Below, one piece after another: positions 13,923 through 29,239 of a DNA stretch of 57,483 nt; within the stretch, counting starts at the first letter, position 1, and the number at the start of each line of letters is the position of its first letter. This stretch comes from Chromera velia (taxonomy: Eukaryota): NCBI GenBank assembly GCA_018398765.1, contig JAHBMJ010000065.1, forward strand, positions 1-57,483, written 5' to 3'. Under the pieces are notes generated by a model that saw nothing but the letters and a program-made list of their open reading frames with translations, ran no database searches and was not told where the DNA came from. The position numbers were made by a program, and so were the translations under genes.

Positions 13923-16900
13923 TCACCTGAAAAAGGGGTGAGTCTGCACCCCAGAGTAACTTCCCTGTTCATGCTGCTGCTGTTGCTGATGTTCATAATG
14001 CTGCGGCTGCGGTTGCGGTTGCAGCTGCGGAGGCACAAAAATAGTGGTCTCAGGGAAGATAGTTTGGCCAGCGTTTGTGCCTGCTGCCCCTTCCCCCTGC
14101 CGGCTTGTTGGCCCTGGCCCTGCTGTTCTCTGCCTGAATGCCTGAGCCTCCTCGTTCCGCTCGAGTCTCTGGCGGAGCAGCGTCCTCGAGGGCAAGTCTA
14201 GCACCGCCATCATCTCCGAGAGGTCGGACCTCCGCACGTCGACGATGATCAGTCGTCCCCCAGCTTTCCTGCATGGAGGGATGAAGGGGAGTGGACAGAC
14301 AGACTATATTAATATGGTCTCTTTCCCTTCTCTTCACAGACAGACAGACAGACAGACGGTCAGTCAGTCAGTCAGTCAAACGAAGGCAAACGGAGGGAGT
14401 CAGGGAGGGAGGACGAATTCTCGCACGAAAAAAGAGGCGGTCGTCTTGTCTGGTCACTAACCGACTCTCACACCAGCGCACTCACTCAAACAACCAACCG
14501 CCAGGTCGAGAAAGAAGACCAATCAACCAAACATGAGTCAGTGCGTGAGGAGAAAGAATACCAATCAACCAAACACGAGTCAGTGCGTGAGGAGAAATAA
14601 TACCAGTCAACTAAACATGAGATGAGCCAGTGCATCAGAAGGCTTCCACAAAAAAAAAGGAAGGTGAGGCCGGAGAGCAGAACGCGGGAGATGAGATGAA
14701 TGACCCGAAAGAAAAGGCACAAACGGACAGATTCACAAAGCATTGTTCGGTCACTTCCCCACTCCAACCAACGAGGGCACGATGAGAGAGAGAGACATGC
14801 CAGACCACCCATCCACCCCCTGACTCCACTCCCTCACTGATCGACCGACCGACCTCTCCAATTCAGGAGCCGCTTTCCTCGCGTCCGCAGGTTCCATCGC
14901 CAGTTGGGCTCCGTCGAGCAGGTTGAGGGCTTTGAAGGCAGCCATGGGGCTGCTGAAGGAGATGTATCTGAGGAGACACAAGCAGAGAGAAGGAAAGAAG
15001 TGAGAAGAGAAAAGAGAAAAAAGAGTCAATGAAGTTGACGACCAGTTGAAACGCGGACAGAAGTGCGTGCACCGAGCAGGAGCAGACAGTCGAGCAGGCA
15101 GGCAGGCGGGAGGAGAGCGGATTGAAAGAAACAGCGACGTTTTCATCTCACGAGGAAGCGAAGGATCAATTTCTTTCACCCCAAATCCCCATGATGAGCA
15201 GGTGGCGACTGAAATTAAGAGAGACGAGTCAGTCAAACATGCCTCTTATTGATACATCAGATACAGAGAGAACGATAAATGCCCTCCTCCCTTCGAGGTG
15301 TGAAGACGACGGAAAGTAAAATAAAACGAGAGGGAGGATGGCTGGACGAAAAAGTAGGAGACAAAAAAATGGACGAAGAGACAAATATCTACTTGAAACA
15401 GTTGCCCAGGAATGCATGGAAGGAAGGAAGGAATGAAAATGCAGACAGACAGGCTTCAGTCCCCCCCCCTTGCATGTGACGGCGCCAATTCAATGTCCGA
15501 TTTCGATACTCATCAAAGCAGACAGACAGTCCGACGAAGAGACAGACACCAGAGAGACAGACAGAAAAAGCGAACCCAGAAAGAAACGCCCAAGAAAAGA
15601 AACTCCTCACCCAGCATTTTTGGATACTCCGGCTTCATGCCTCAAAACCCGGCAACCCCGGAATTCGTCTGCAAGCCCGACGCTTGCGACCAGCCGGCGC
15701 AAATCCAACTCATCCGCCCATTCAGGCAGCCGACAGCAGAAAAGATTCGACCTGCAGTGGTACCAGTCAGGGAATGAATCAAGCAGTCAGTCAGTCAGTC
15801 AGTCAGTCATTCTCTTCGTACGCGTACGGCGGCAACAACAGGGAAGACAAACAAAAAGAGAGAGAGAGAAAGAGACGGACTGACAGAGGGAGGGAAAATG
15901 AGATGCAACAGTAAGGAGAAGGAGAGGGAGACAGGTGAACCTACCCGAGAGGACCACTCTCCCGAGGAATCTCAGAAGTGTCCCGGGTCAGGCGCACACG
16001 ATCCAACCTGTGAGCGCCCAACCGTGCAAGAGCTTCGGGACCCACGCCCGCCGGGATGGGGCCCAGAGCCGCCCCACTTGAGGCAGAGGCAGAGGCTGCA
16101 GAAGCCATGCCGCCCCTGCACTGCAATGCTGCCAAGCCCCCGGGGCCTTCGAACGGCGTCTGCGTGGAGAACCCCGCAAGTTGCTGCCGCATTTGCATTT
16201 GTTGATGTGCAGCGGGAACTCCCAAAGGTTGCAGCACAGCGGGCACGGGGGCTAGCCCTGGACCGACACCCACGGGGGTTGGACCTGCGTACTGCTGCTG
16301 TCTCGCGGCTTCAAGCACGTGCTGATGCTCCAAAGACGAAGAGGGAAACGGCATTATCTGGGGGTTCGCCTGCTGATGTTGGAGCGTGCTGCCACCGACG
16401 ACTCCATACTGCTGCTGCTGCGGCGGCGGCTGTACGGGTACCTCTCCGGCATCGCGTCCAAGCATGGGAGGGCCCCCCACCAGTGGCGGCTGCTGCTGCT
16501 GCTGTGGGTTGTGGTGGCTGTACTGGTGGAAGCCGGGAGGAGCAAATGAAGGACCGGGGGGAACCCCAGGCAGCACGGGTTGGTGGACGGGGGGGGGAAG
16601 AGACCCTGATGCGGATGCAGATACGCCCCCTCCAGGGAGACCCGAACCTGCGGCGGTGGCCGGAAAGTTCCCCCCCCCCCCAGGCCCGACCCCCATTCCC
16701 CCGACTCCGCCCCCCACGGCCGCAGCAGCACCCTGAGGAGAAATACCTGAGGAGAGAAGCTGATGGGGGGGCTGCTGCTGTTGTTGCTGCAGCTGGTGGT
16801 GCAGCTGGGTGGTGATCCGAGACACAGGGGATGCCCCAGGAGGATCTTCCTGCACGCATGCATGCATGCAATCAGTATTGATTTCTCTCTCACACCCATG

Positions 16901-19804
16901 CATGCATGGATAGGACGAACGACTTGATCAACAAATGAAGAAACAAATCAGTGGATGGATGGAGTTCTGACTGACTCACAGAATGAACTGAACCAATGAA
17001 TGAATGAATGAATGAAAGAATGAATTAAAGAACTGATCAAGTGAAGCGTGGGGAAATGAGTGCACCTTCATGGACTATTATACTTTCCTTCTATCTTGCT
17101 CCCCCTTCGCAATCCGCTTGACGGAGAGAGATCTAGCTTCTCTCTCTTACACGTCTACGTATTCCCCCGTTGCTCTCTCTGCACTCGCCTTCTTCCGTTC
17201 TCTCTAAGCTTTCCGATCCCCCTCCAATCCCTTCATTCACTGACTGACTGACTGACCCCATAGGAAGGCGGCATCACTCCCACTTGATGACCCGGATGCT
17301 GAGCGTAAGGGGGAGGGGCGAGGACCGGATGATGATGAGGAAGTGCGTGAGGGGGAGGGGGGAACTCTCGAGGGCCCCCGGCTGCAGCGGCCGCAGCAGC
17401 AGCAGCAGCGGTGTGGGCTTGCAGCTGCCTTGAAGTAGAGAGAGGTCGCCATGAAGAAGATGACGACGCGCCTGCTGGAGGAGGCTCTCTCTCTCTCTCG
17501 CCCCCCCCCCCCGGCGCCATGGGAGAGGCCCCATGCAAGGGAAGGAGTCCGCCCCCAACTCCTCCCCAACCAACTTCTTGGGATGGGCCAAGACGAGATT
17601 GGTGCTGGGGGGGGAGAGGGCGGTTGGGAAGTGAAACATCAATCACCGTTCCTCCCCGGAACGACAGGGAGCCCCCACCTGCAGAAGGAAGGGCCCCTGC
17701 AGTACCTGTGTGGGAGTGGAGGGTTCCTGCTGTTCCTAGATGGTGGGGATAGGGGGGGACAGGAGCGGGACGAACTTGGGGCGTGAGAGTTTGAACTCGG
17801 GAGTGAACGTTGGAGAGGGCAGACTGCTGCTGTTGTCCCTCTATCCCTACTCCGTCCCCCTCTTCCAGACCCCTCCGGGAGGAGGAGAAGGCTTGGGGGG
17901 AAGGGGACGGAAGACGACCTGCCGAATAGGAGGGACGAAACGGTCGGTCACCGGTCTGTCTGCCCGCACCCCTGTCAACATTCTGAAGCGAAACGGGGTC
18001 GGCACTAGCGGAAGGAGGGTGCACTCCCATCGGAGAGTGACGGGGTAACAGTTGCTGCTGCTGCTGCTGCGGGGGCAGTGGCTGCAATGGAGCCGGTTGG
18101 GCCTGCGCTCCAGCCTGATACGGAGCAGAGGCGACAGCTGCAGGGGGAACCGGACCGAGATCTCTGGGAGACCCAGCCGGCTGCTGCTGCTGCTGCTGCT
18201 GTCGAGGCTCCTGTTGCCCTTGAGACAGGGGCTGCTGAAGAACGGGAGACGGTGAATCTGAATGGTGGGCATTCCCGTTTCCATTTCCATTCCCACCCCC
18301 GAACGATGCAGCACCGTTACCGTTCGTGCCGTTGCCGTTTGTGCTCCTGCCAAGAAGGGACCGAGTGGTCGTCCCGTTGCCGTTCCCACTGTTTCCATTC
18401 CCATGACTGTTTCCGTTGCCATTCCCATTCGACCTGCCATTGCCGCTTGATCGCCCATTGCCGTTACCGTTTCCCACACCGCTTCCGTTTGCGCCCATCG
18501 TCTGAGGCCTGCTGGAGGACTCCCCGGGGCCTGTGGAAGCCTCGCCCGACGACTGCCCGACCTGCTGTTTCCATCCCATTCATATGCAAACAGTCACATT
18601 TCTTTACCTTCACGTCTGCTTCCTTGCCTGCTGAACCGGCTGTCCATACCACACCCATTAAATTTCTCTTCTCCCCATGCCCCCAGCTGGACAGAAACCT
18701 CCTGAAAGCTCTTGGGCCCTCTATCACCCAAACGCACAAACACGTACACAACATACAAGTTCACGTATGCGCACACGCACACACACCACAACATCACCTG
18801 CGCTACCCTAGACACGTTCACGAGCACAACAATGTTCTGTCATACACATGAGATGGGTGAAAGAAACGAGAGAGTCAATGGGGAAAGCACCCCGACATTC
18901 TTCAGACCGGCGGAGATTCGCCCCGCCCCAAACAACTCTCTCCGCGTTCTTTCTTCAACAACCACGGCTGACTGAACAACGACAGGAGGCCGATCGACCG
19001 ACCGAGTTTTCAAAAAAGTTTCGAATCATCGGGACTGCGACATGCCGCCACACGAGAAAGTCCAGCAGCTCGTCGAGAATGGCCACTCGGAGTGCCTGCT
19101 TGCACGGAAGCAAATTGCGTGGAGACAGGGAAGTAAGTGAGAGAGGGTCTATCAGTAGAGCTGACAGTGTGGTTGGACAAGAAACAAAAACCGCCCGAGC
19201 AGTTTTTTTTTCACTTGTGTCTGCATGCTCATGGCCATGATGACTCGGGGACTTTCAGCGGGGAGGGCTTCGCGAATGTCTGCTCCTTCTTTAAAAAGCA
19301 GTGCAAGGAAAGACAAGCAAGATGGGAAAAGAAAACGAAACGGAACACACAAAGAAATGGAAATATCTGTGTGAGATCTGTGCTGACCTGTTCAGAAACT
19401 GCGCCACAAACCGGACATGTAAAGCCCGCTCCGTCCTGTTCTCCTGGTTGTTGGAGACAGCGAAAGCAGCACACGTGGCCGCAGGTGGGAACCATCTTGG
19501 GTTCATGAAGAAAACGGTCGCAGCTGGGACAGCAAATAGAACGTTCCAAGTCCTCCCAGGCAGCAAGAAGAGTTGCGGGGTTCGGTTGCCCTTGTTCTTG
19601 GGTTTGTTGGGCTTGCTGAGGAGGCACTCCACCCAAATGCTGCTGGGCTTCTTGGGGATGTTGATGGTCAGGGTGAGCTTCTACGTGTGCCTCCACTGCT
19701 TGGGGCAGTTGAGGGAGGTGGCCCTGTTGCTGCTGCTGCTGCTCTTCCTGCTGATGGGGAAGAATCTGACCCACACCTGTAATCTCCTCGTCACTGAAAT
19801 CCAT
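13923..19804 (-). CDS. RING-finger (C3HC4) + long Q/N/G/P-rich region + RRM protein; putative RNA-binding E3 ubiquitin ligase, ~1106 aa, 7 exons
   Basis: Exons 19804-19388, 19095-19003, 18561-17257, 16849-15945, 15751-15611, 14967-14854 and 14268-13923 splice in phase. RING: CPSC...PTCGHVCCFRC...TCPVC. RRM: RNP2-like NLFCCRLPEWADELDLRRL, RNP1-like SKNAGYISF, then AFKALNLLDG...RLIIVDV. Ends at TGA; a further exon via the overlapping AG|gtgaag donor cannot be excluded. Confidence 0.85.
14518..14620. repeat. 42-bp intronic tandem repeat, about 2.4 copies
   Basis: Unit accaatcaaccaaacaYgagtcagtgcgtgaggagaaaKaat repeated. Confidence 0.9.
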
Positions 19805-20081
19805 TTCAGGGGTTCAGTTCTTGGAGGACGTCCAACGAAAAGCGAGAAAGTACGAAGCTAATAACGAGCTTCACGGAGAGATTGCCCAGGATAGGGGCTC
19901 CAGGTTAGGGATAACTCAAGCCTCAAGGCTCTTAAGAGAAGAAAGAAGACAGAAGGCATGCATGTACGTTCTCGGTCTCTATACTCCCGAAACATCTGAC
20001 GCAAGCAAGCTTGCGAACGGCCCCGGAAAGCAAGAAAAATTACAACTGGTTCACGCAGTGTCACGCTATATGTAGTTGCGG

Positions 20082-20501
20082 GATACACCCAACCAGTTGG
20101 GTGAGTGCCTCGGGGGGCCATTTAGGGGGTCGGCCATAATTTGATTGCATGTTGGGCATGTCTTGCCTGCAATGCATGCATAGGCAAATGGCAGGGGCCA
20201 CAGCAACGTGCGCAAAATATGCTTTTCGGGACCGCGCATGAACACATATGCAATTAACTCCGTGCGAGTTATACTGGAGGGGCACGTATCATGAAGAGCG
20301 AAGTATAGAATATTATAATGCGATCGCGGCTCCATGCGAGTTGCTTGAGGGGTATATTTTAGAATTTGGGCAACACCGACCATGATGGAGACAGAACCGA
20401 ATCCCCCCCCTAAAAAATGAAAAAATGCGTTATGCGGATGCGTACGATCTCAGGGCCTCTCAGCTGATCTCAGCAGAGCTGAACTGCCCCCCGAGGCGAT
20501 A
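20082..20501 (-). mobile_element. Non-autonomous element with TATC direct ends, asymmetric inverted repeat and terminal hairpin (Helitron2/Replitron/Crypton-like), copy 1
   Basis: Both ends match 42179-42461 in the opposite orientation: 5' TATC-GCCTCGGGGGGCAG..., 3' ...GCCCCCCGAGGC-ACT-CACCCAACtgGTTGGGTG-TATC. Confidence 0.75.
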
Positions 20502-20529
20502 TGTAGCTGATTGCAGCCACGCAGAAAGT

Positions 20530-20950
20530 TACACTCACATGCAGTCAGGGCTAGACTCAGGTAGAGTTAAGGTTGGGGCGTTACTAGGTGTTACCTGATA
20601 TTATCCAGACGTATGTAAGATTTAATGTGTTTTTCTTGAAAAATATGGTAGAATGAAGACTAATTTAAGAAAATTTAAATCTGTAACATAATTAATTTTC
20701 TTATATGAACTATCCTTTATTTTTTGTATAGAAAGCCGAAAAAATGTTTATAATAGATCTGAAATTTACAGAACTAAATCTATAAACAAATTTAATTATC
20801 AACAAATTTTAGAACTTGTTATATCATCAAATGAAAAAACATTAATGCAAAAACTTAATCAACAAATGACTCCTTAACGCTTACTATTACTTACTATGGT
20901 TTGGATATTGGTTTCATTTTTTATATGACAATCTTCAAAGTACGTTCACT
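20530..20950. mobile_element. AT/TpA-rich degenerate repeat relic
   Basis: Composition switch to TA/TAG-rich, microsatellite-free sequence next to the TATC element. No recognisable ORF. Confidence 0.35.
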
Positions 20951-21059
20951 GCGTTGAGTTCATCCGTTAAACTTTTAAGATCAATGACCATCATCTCATT
21001 GCTCTTGATTTCGCAGACAAAGATCCATAAGACGCGGGACGGAAGCAGAGAAAGAAGGA

Positions 21060-22880
<1,821 letters not shown>

Positions 22881-23064
22881 TTTGTTAGGTCTTTCTCTTC
22901 TTTTCCTTTCTCTCTCTTTGTGGACAAAATTGAGCTGGGCGCGCTGGAAATATAGAAGTAAGCCGGCTAAAAAGAGATGGAAATATATAATGCAGGATGA
23001 CATGCTGGAAGGAAAGATGCACACGCGCAAGAACGAGGCGGTCGTGCAGCCCAGCGTCCTGGAG

Positions 23065-23340
23065 GAAAGGAGACAGACAGGCACAATGCACGCTGACGGA
23101 ACTGAGGCAAGCGTATTAAAAAGAAAAGAATGAACATGCAGTAAGGAGACGGGCAGATAGAATGTAGGCGGACGTGCTGGAAGGAAAAAAATAAGCAGGC
23201 AAGCAGGAGACGGGCAGATGAAATGCAGACGAGCGTATCAAAAGGAAAACAGCAAGCAGGCAAGAAGGAGACGGGGAAACAGAAAGCAGACGAACGTACT
23301 GAAAGCAAAAAAGCAGGCTGCTAAGAAGGAGACGGACCGA
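23065..23340. repeat. Degenerate ~60-bp minisatellite, 4-5 units
   Basis: Recurring aggagacgg-gcagat-aatgcagacg-cgt-ctg-aagcaggcaag, with ggagac anchors near 23069, 23145, 23206, 23267 and 23328. Confidence 0.75.
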
Positions 23341-24149
23341 TGATTCTCTATTTCTCTTTTTCTTTCCTTCTTTTCTTTGCACCTTCTCTAGAAGCTTCTT
23401 CTCTTCTTCTTTTGGAAGAGGAAGGTGGGGGATTTTCTCTTCTTCTTTCTTTTTCTTCTTCACATCTTTTACGAGAGAGAGAAGCAGGAGCTGGGGAGGG
23501 GGGGGGGATTGCGATCGGTTTCAAGCGCCGCCGTACGTGGCCTATTCTAACGTACGCTTTTCTAAGCCAATTAGGAGCAGAGCTTTCCGGGGCCTTTTTT
23601 TTTGATGAAAGCTGCATGTATATATACATGTATACATATGTGGGCTCAGGGGATTATTTGGTAAGTGCCCTCCGCTTCGCTTTCCGGGGCTACAGAGACA
23701 GGAAATCACTCTCTTTTTGCCCTTTTTTCTGCACCGCAATCCTTCCTTCTTTTAGTTCAAAAAGCGGTCGGATCGATTGAAATACTGAAAGAGTCACACA
23801 GACGGATGAAAACCAGAAGAATAACTCAAAGAGCAAATGTCAATGGACTAGAGACTCTCTGAGTTTTCATGAAACGCTCCAAAAACACTTGGTCGGGTGG
23901 TAACAATTTCATTGAGTTTCGTTCATCAGCCATCTTTGCAATTCACGTTCCACCTGTGCGTTCTGACACAGCTGTATGGCTCGAGTATGACATATTAGCT
24001 TCAATCTCTGTGAGAAGTTTTATTCCTAGCTGACTTCTAACGATGATCAAACATCCGTCGTCCAGAATCATAAGAAACAGAACGTAGAACAATTATTAAT
24101 TAATTCTTGCATGCCCTTTTTTTTTTTATCGGAGCTAGGTTGCAACAGG

Positions 24150-25270
24150 TTGCATAATCGAGGGCACACGCGCGCCGCCCGCCTGCATACATGTATGCCC
24201 TGGGCCCCGCGCTGGGCAATGATACCCCCCCCCTCCCCGCGGGCCCCGCCGCCCCGCGTAGTTAGGCTATTATGAAACTTTAACGCGCAGACCTTTTGAA
24301 GCTTCCTTCACCTCTATTCACCTCCTTGCGCCCTAAAAAAAATGAGTCTTAGAAAAGATTGATAAAGACTGATGATTCAGGGTTTTATTATGCATGTTGC
24401 GTCCCTATATTTATATATGAGTCTATATTTAGTATATTATAACGGCCCATTGAGGCCCTGGGCCCTGATTTAGCGCAGTTTGTCAAAACGTCCCCTTTTT
24501 TCACGCTTTTTCCTGTACGTTAGTCTCGATCATATCTAGGAACAAGTTAGAACAAGTTTGCTCATCAATCATTTTTAAGGTCGGATTTAGTCGGTTTATA
24601 ACTCGTTGGTTCGAGATTAGTAGAGGGACACAAAAAAATTTCCGTATCCGATGGTGTCGGATAAGGGGGGGGGGGGTTACCAGCTCTGGATCATATCGGA
24701 TATCATGGTCGGACCTGGCCTTTTCCTTCATGAGCCGGCCAGGCCGAGGCGTTAAGCCGCACCAGAGTATCGGATACCCCTTATTTGAGGGGGGGGGGAA
24801 AGGGGTCAGCAAACGGTATCCGATAGCATCGAATACCAGTTTGTATCTCCTAGCTTTAATAAAAGAAAAAACTTTGTGGCTTTCTAGAGCCGGGTCCTTC
24901 TTAACAAGTGGCTACAAGTGGCAAGTAGTAGCAGATAGTTGCAGACAACTGTTTTTATAATACTTTCTAGTAATACTTTATAAATAATTTTTATAGCTCA
25001 AATAGCAGGAAGAATAAGGAAGAATCTCGTGCAGATCTTTATAGATAAACTAAAATAAACTAGTAAAACTATTAGTAAATAAATGTTTTCTTTGTATTTC
25101 ATAACATAAAATTATTTTTCATATCTTAATTTATACCACTCCTAAAAGTTAATTCATTTTGCAGTGTCACTTGACCAAACAGGTTCAAAAGCTAGGTTCG
25201 AGCCTACACCTAGTTTTTTTTTGCTGAGAGGTTAGGTTAGCTTCAAGTTAAGTTCGAACCTAATTGGGTA
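24150..25270. mobile_element. Degenerate DNA-transposon-like relic
   Basis: GC-rich start, TA-rich body, repeated palindromic gtatccgat/atcggatac motifs with G runs (24640-24840) and repeated aggttc motifs; ends in GGGT at about 25269, like the elements at 52774-55933. Boundaries approximate. Confidence 0.4.
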
Positions 25271-26071
25271 CACTCTGTAGACACAATCGATACAGACAAC
25301 ATCTACGTCAGACTGCGCGCGCTGTCTTTCAATATGCGAGTCTCCTGGCAGCACTCAGTCAGTCAGGTGTGCAAGACGTCCTCAACGTACATACCTCAGA
25401 TTTCATGTGCAAACCATCACCAAATCACAGACATGCAACGTAGGGATGAAACAGATACAAAACAGAGACATACGTGCAAAACAAATGAATTGTGACGACA
25501 ATGAACGTGCATCATGACATCGATCCAGCTGCGTAGCATTTCATGAGGTCGCATGAGAGAGAGAGCTAGCAGCGAGAGCAGTAACCAGGACAGAAGGAAG
25601 AGACGAAAGACGCATAGGCCAGACGCTAGGAACAAACTTTAAGTCAATGCCCCCCTGCGTAGCATTTCACTCTATGACGGATGAACAACGAACGAGCAAG
25701 CACAAATCATTAATTGTGAAACTGTCAAAACAACCGCGCGCATGCACCCAAACTATTCATGTCAAAAGCCCAAGTCAGTTTCTCGCTATGTGAGATCGCG
25801 TTTCTGTTCCTGGGGGGGAAGTCTGGACAAGAAACAGCTAGAAAGAGACAAAAGTTCTGCCGCTCCTTCCGTCACCATGCAACCCACACGGTTGCTGCAT
25901 GGAACACGTGCCCACTTTCTTCTTCTCAGACACTTCCCTCCGGAATTGAAAGCTGAACCTGCAGTCCCTTCTTTTTGCTGTGATCGTTCCCGTTTGTGTT
26001 CGACCACCAATTCTCCTGTCTGCTCTCTTCCTGCCCACCTGCGTGCCCGTCTGATCTCTGAATTGAGTGAA

Positions 26072-26788
26072 TCAGACCGTCATGGGGTTCCAGGGGGCCC
26101 TTCTTTTCACTGAAAACTCCTCCATCGTCTTTGGTGAGTGATTTTCTTCTCCGGGGGCGAACACGGACGCATCGTCAGAGGGCCAATTGATCTCTGACTC
26201 CGATACATCCGCTTCTTTTTTCTTTATCGCCTGCACATCGTCTGTTGATCTAGGAGGTGCTGCGGTGGCTAAGGCTGCTCCTTCACCGTCTCCAGCGTTC
26301 AAAAAGGAGACGGCTGCCACTGCAGACACAGCAAAAATAGTCACAGACCTCTCTAGGGGAAAAGAACCATTGAAAGGCTTGACCGCCATCTCCTTTTTGG
26401 TCTTCATTTTGTCTTCTGCTACTGCTTCTGCTGTATCCTGCAGCCTGCTGTCTTCTCCCCAGGCTTTGGTGCAGTTGATCTGAGAAGCCTCTGATGATGC
26501 CCCTCCGCAATTCGCCTCAAGATCGTCCTCCTCTTCTCCTCCTTCCGCTGCAGCATCTGACTCGTCAGCCCCACTGCACGCACTCGACTGTGCCGCGTCG
26601 TCGCTTCCCCGACGTTTGCCGATTCCCTTCTTCTCGCCGCCCCGCTCCTTGAAGACCAGAGAGATCAGAGGGACTAGAACCAGGGGAAGGGGGACCAGAC
26701 ACGACAGCGCCTGGCCGACAGCAGAAGCCCACACTCCGGCCTCTTTGACGCATCTGTAGGCACACAAAAGATTGGATCAATGGAAGCG

Positions 26789-26832
<44 letters not shown>

Positions 26833-29169
26833 AAGGGAGGAAGGAAGGAAGGAAAGAAAGAAGGCAGAAATATCCAAGACTGCCTGTTCCAATTAAATTG
26901 AACCAAAAAAGCAGAATTTCCATGTATGCTGACTCTCATCAGAAAAGGTTAGACCCCTCTGTTTGTTTTTCCGTTTGAGATTCTTTCAAAAAAAAGTTCT
27001 TGATCGGTCGCGATCGCAGCAAACAGAAGGAGAAAGAAAAAGATGGACGCGACGTGGTATACAAGGAACGGCTGGGTGTTTCTTTGTGGGAATCAAATAT
27101 TGGCAGGAAACTCATCTTCAAATACCGCTCGTCATGAGCAGTTCATAAGTGCATATCTGCATGACTTTACAGACCAGCAAAAAATAAGAGCCCCGTCCTA
27201 CAAAAAAAAAAAAAAAAAAAAAAAAAAANNNNNNNNNNNNNNNNNNNNNNNNNNNNNNNNNNNNNNNNNNNNNAAAAAAAAAAAAAAAAAAAAGAAAAAA
27301 AAGCCAACCAACCTGGAGTCTGCGGAGGCATCCGCACAGAAGATCGAGGAGAAGTCCGTCGTCGAAAGCTGCCAGAGGGCAACGGGAATGAGACCCACGG
27401 CAAGCATCGGAGTCACGAATCTCCAAGCAAGGCGAAGGAACAGATCGGGTCCCCTTCCAATGAGGGACCGGAAGTCGCCCTCGAGCCTGCTGATCCCGTA
27501 TGCAGCCAGAATTGCCACCAATTCGGCCGCGACAACGATGAAGATTCCGTACGCGTTCACGAAGAAATCGACCATATCAACGAAGTACATTCCAGCGCTT
27601 GTCATGAAGACCAGACCGACGGCAGCAGAGAACGAGCAGATCAACAGAGCATCGACCCATTTCTTCCCTGTCGTCACCCCTCCCTCTACCAAAGTATTCA
27701 GAGCTGTCTCTGTCAGAGCAAACTGGGAGTCCACTCCGAGACAGATCAACATAAAGAAGAAGGCGGCGGCCCACACAGGCGCCCAAGGGAGAAGAGTCAA
27801 AGCTGTCGGGTAAGCGATGAACGCCAAACGGACGCCAGACAAAGGAAGCTCTGGCACTGCAACGCCCGAGGTCTCTGAGAGAAATCCCAAAACACCGAAG
27901 ACTGCAAACCCTGCCAGAATTGAGGTGAATGCGTTGATGGCAGGGACAGCCCAAGTCCATCGGAAGAAGTTATAGTTGGGCGAGTTGAAGCTCCCAAATG
28001 TCACGTAGGTCCCATTCCCAACGGAGAGGGAGAAGAAGACTTGTTGACCTGCTGCAACCCACACCCATGGGTCCGCCACTCTTGACCACTCAGGGATGAG
28101 AAAGAACTTGAGTCCGTTCCAGGATCCAGGGAGAGTCACAGCTCTGCATGCACTCACGCAATCGGCGCCCGTTTGGACGGAAAATGTTTGAGGGGCCCTT
28201 TTCAAAAAGCGAAATAAAATAGACAGACAGAAATGATGAAGGAGCTTTCAGAAAGAGGACGGAACCGTACGTCGAAACATGCCTGCAAGAATTTAAAAAC
28301 GATACAGAAAACCAGAGGCTCAAAACTTTTGTAGTGCCAGGCAGATATAGACTGAATGACTTCATTTATTCATGTGCTTGCTTGCATGCCCCGTCTTGCA
28401 TGGCAGCTTCAAGCAGGTGTGTGTGAGAGACCACCTTGCCTCCTCCTCCTCCAAATACACACAAATGATTCAATTGGAAGCATCAGACAGCAGTCTGTGA
28501 AAACGGCATTGATAAGCGCTTCTCCGGTTTCGGGGCAATCTCTCAGCATTTTGGAGAAAATATATATTTATTGCACCGAAAGAAGTAAGTACGTAAGCAA
28601 GGAAGGAATGAAGAAAGATAGAAAGAAAGAAATACAGAAAGAAGGAAAGGAAGGAAGGAAGGAAGGAGGGGTGGATGGAAGGATGGAAGGAACACTCAAA
28701 GAGACCGAGAGAGAAAAAACAAAAGGATTAGGAGAACTGAGAAGCGGACAAGGAATTCAAGCGAGGCACAAAAAATCAAGGAAGTAGCGACGCATGAAGC
28801 AATGACCGAAAGAACAGACTTGCACAGCGACTGACAATCAATCAACCACCTGCATGACTCCATCGACTCACCGAACAAGAAGGACAATTAAGATCACGTA
28901 AGGAAATGTAGCGGTGAAATACACAACTTTTCCGGCCGACTTCACGCCCTTTGAGATCACTCCCCAGATGAGCACCCAGGCTAGGCCGAAGGCAATCAGC
29001 AGCCTCCAATTCAGTCCTCCGATCTCGTTCACTCCCTCACTGCGCTGGAGGACGTCGTTGAAGAAGAACTTCTCTGCATCCATGCATCCATGCACCACCA
29101 TGCATACAATCATGCCATGTTCATGCATGCGCCCGTGCTGGTGTACGTCTCTCTCTCTGTGTGAGTGTG

Positions 29170-29239
<70 letters not shown>

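Noticed and set aside
15898..16815. 305-aa plus-strand ORF and similar overlapping ORFs at 17411-18851 and 50311-51276
   Set aside because: Antisense shadows of GC-rich low-complexity exons on the other strand.
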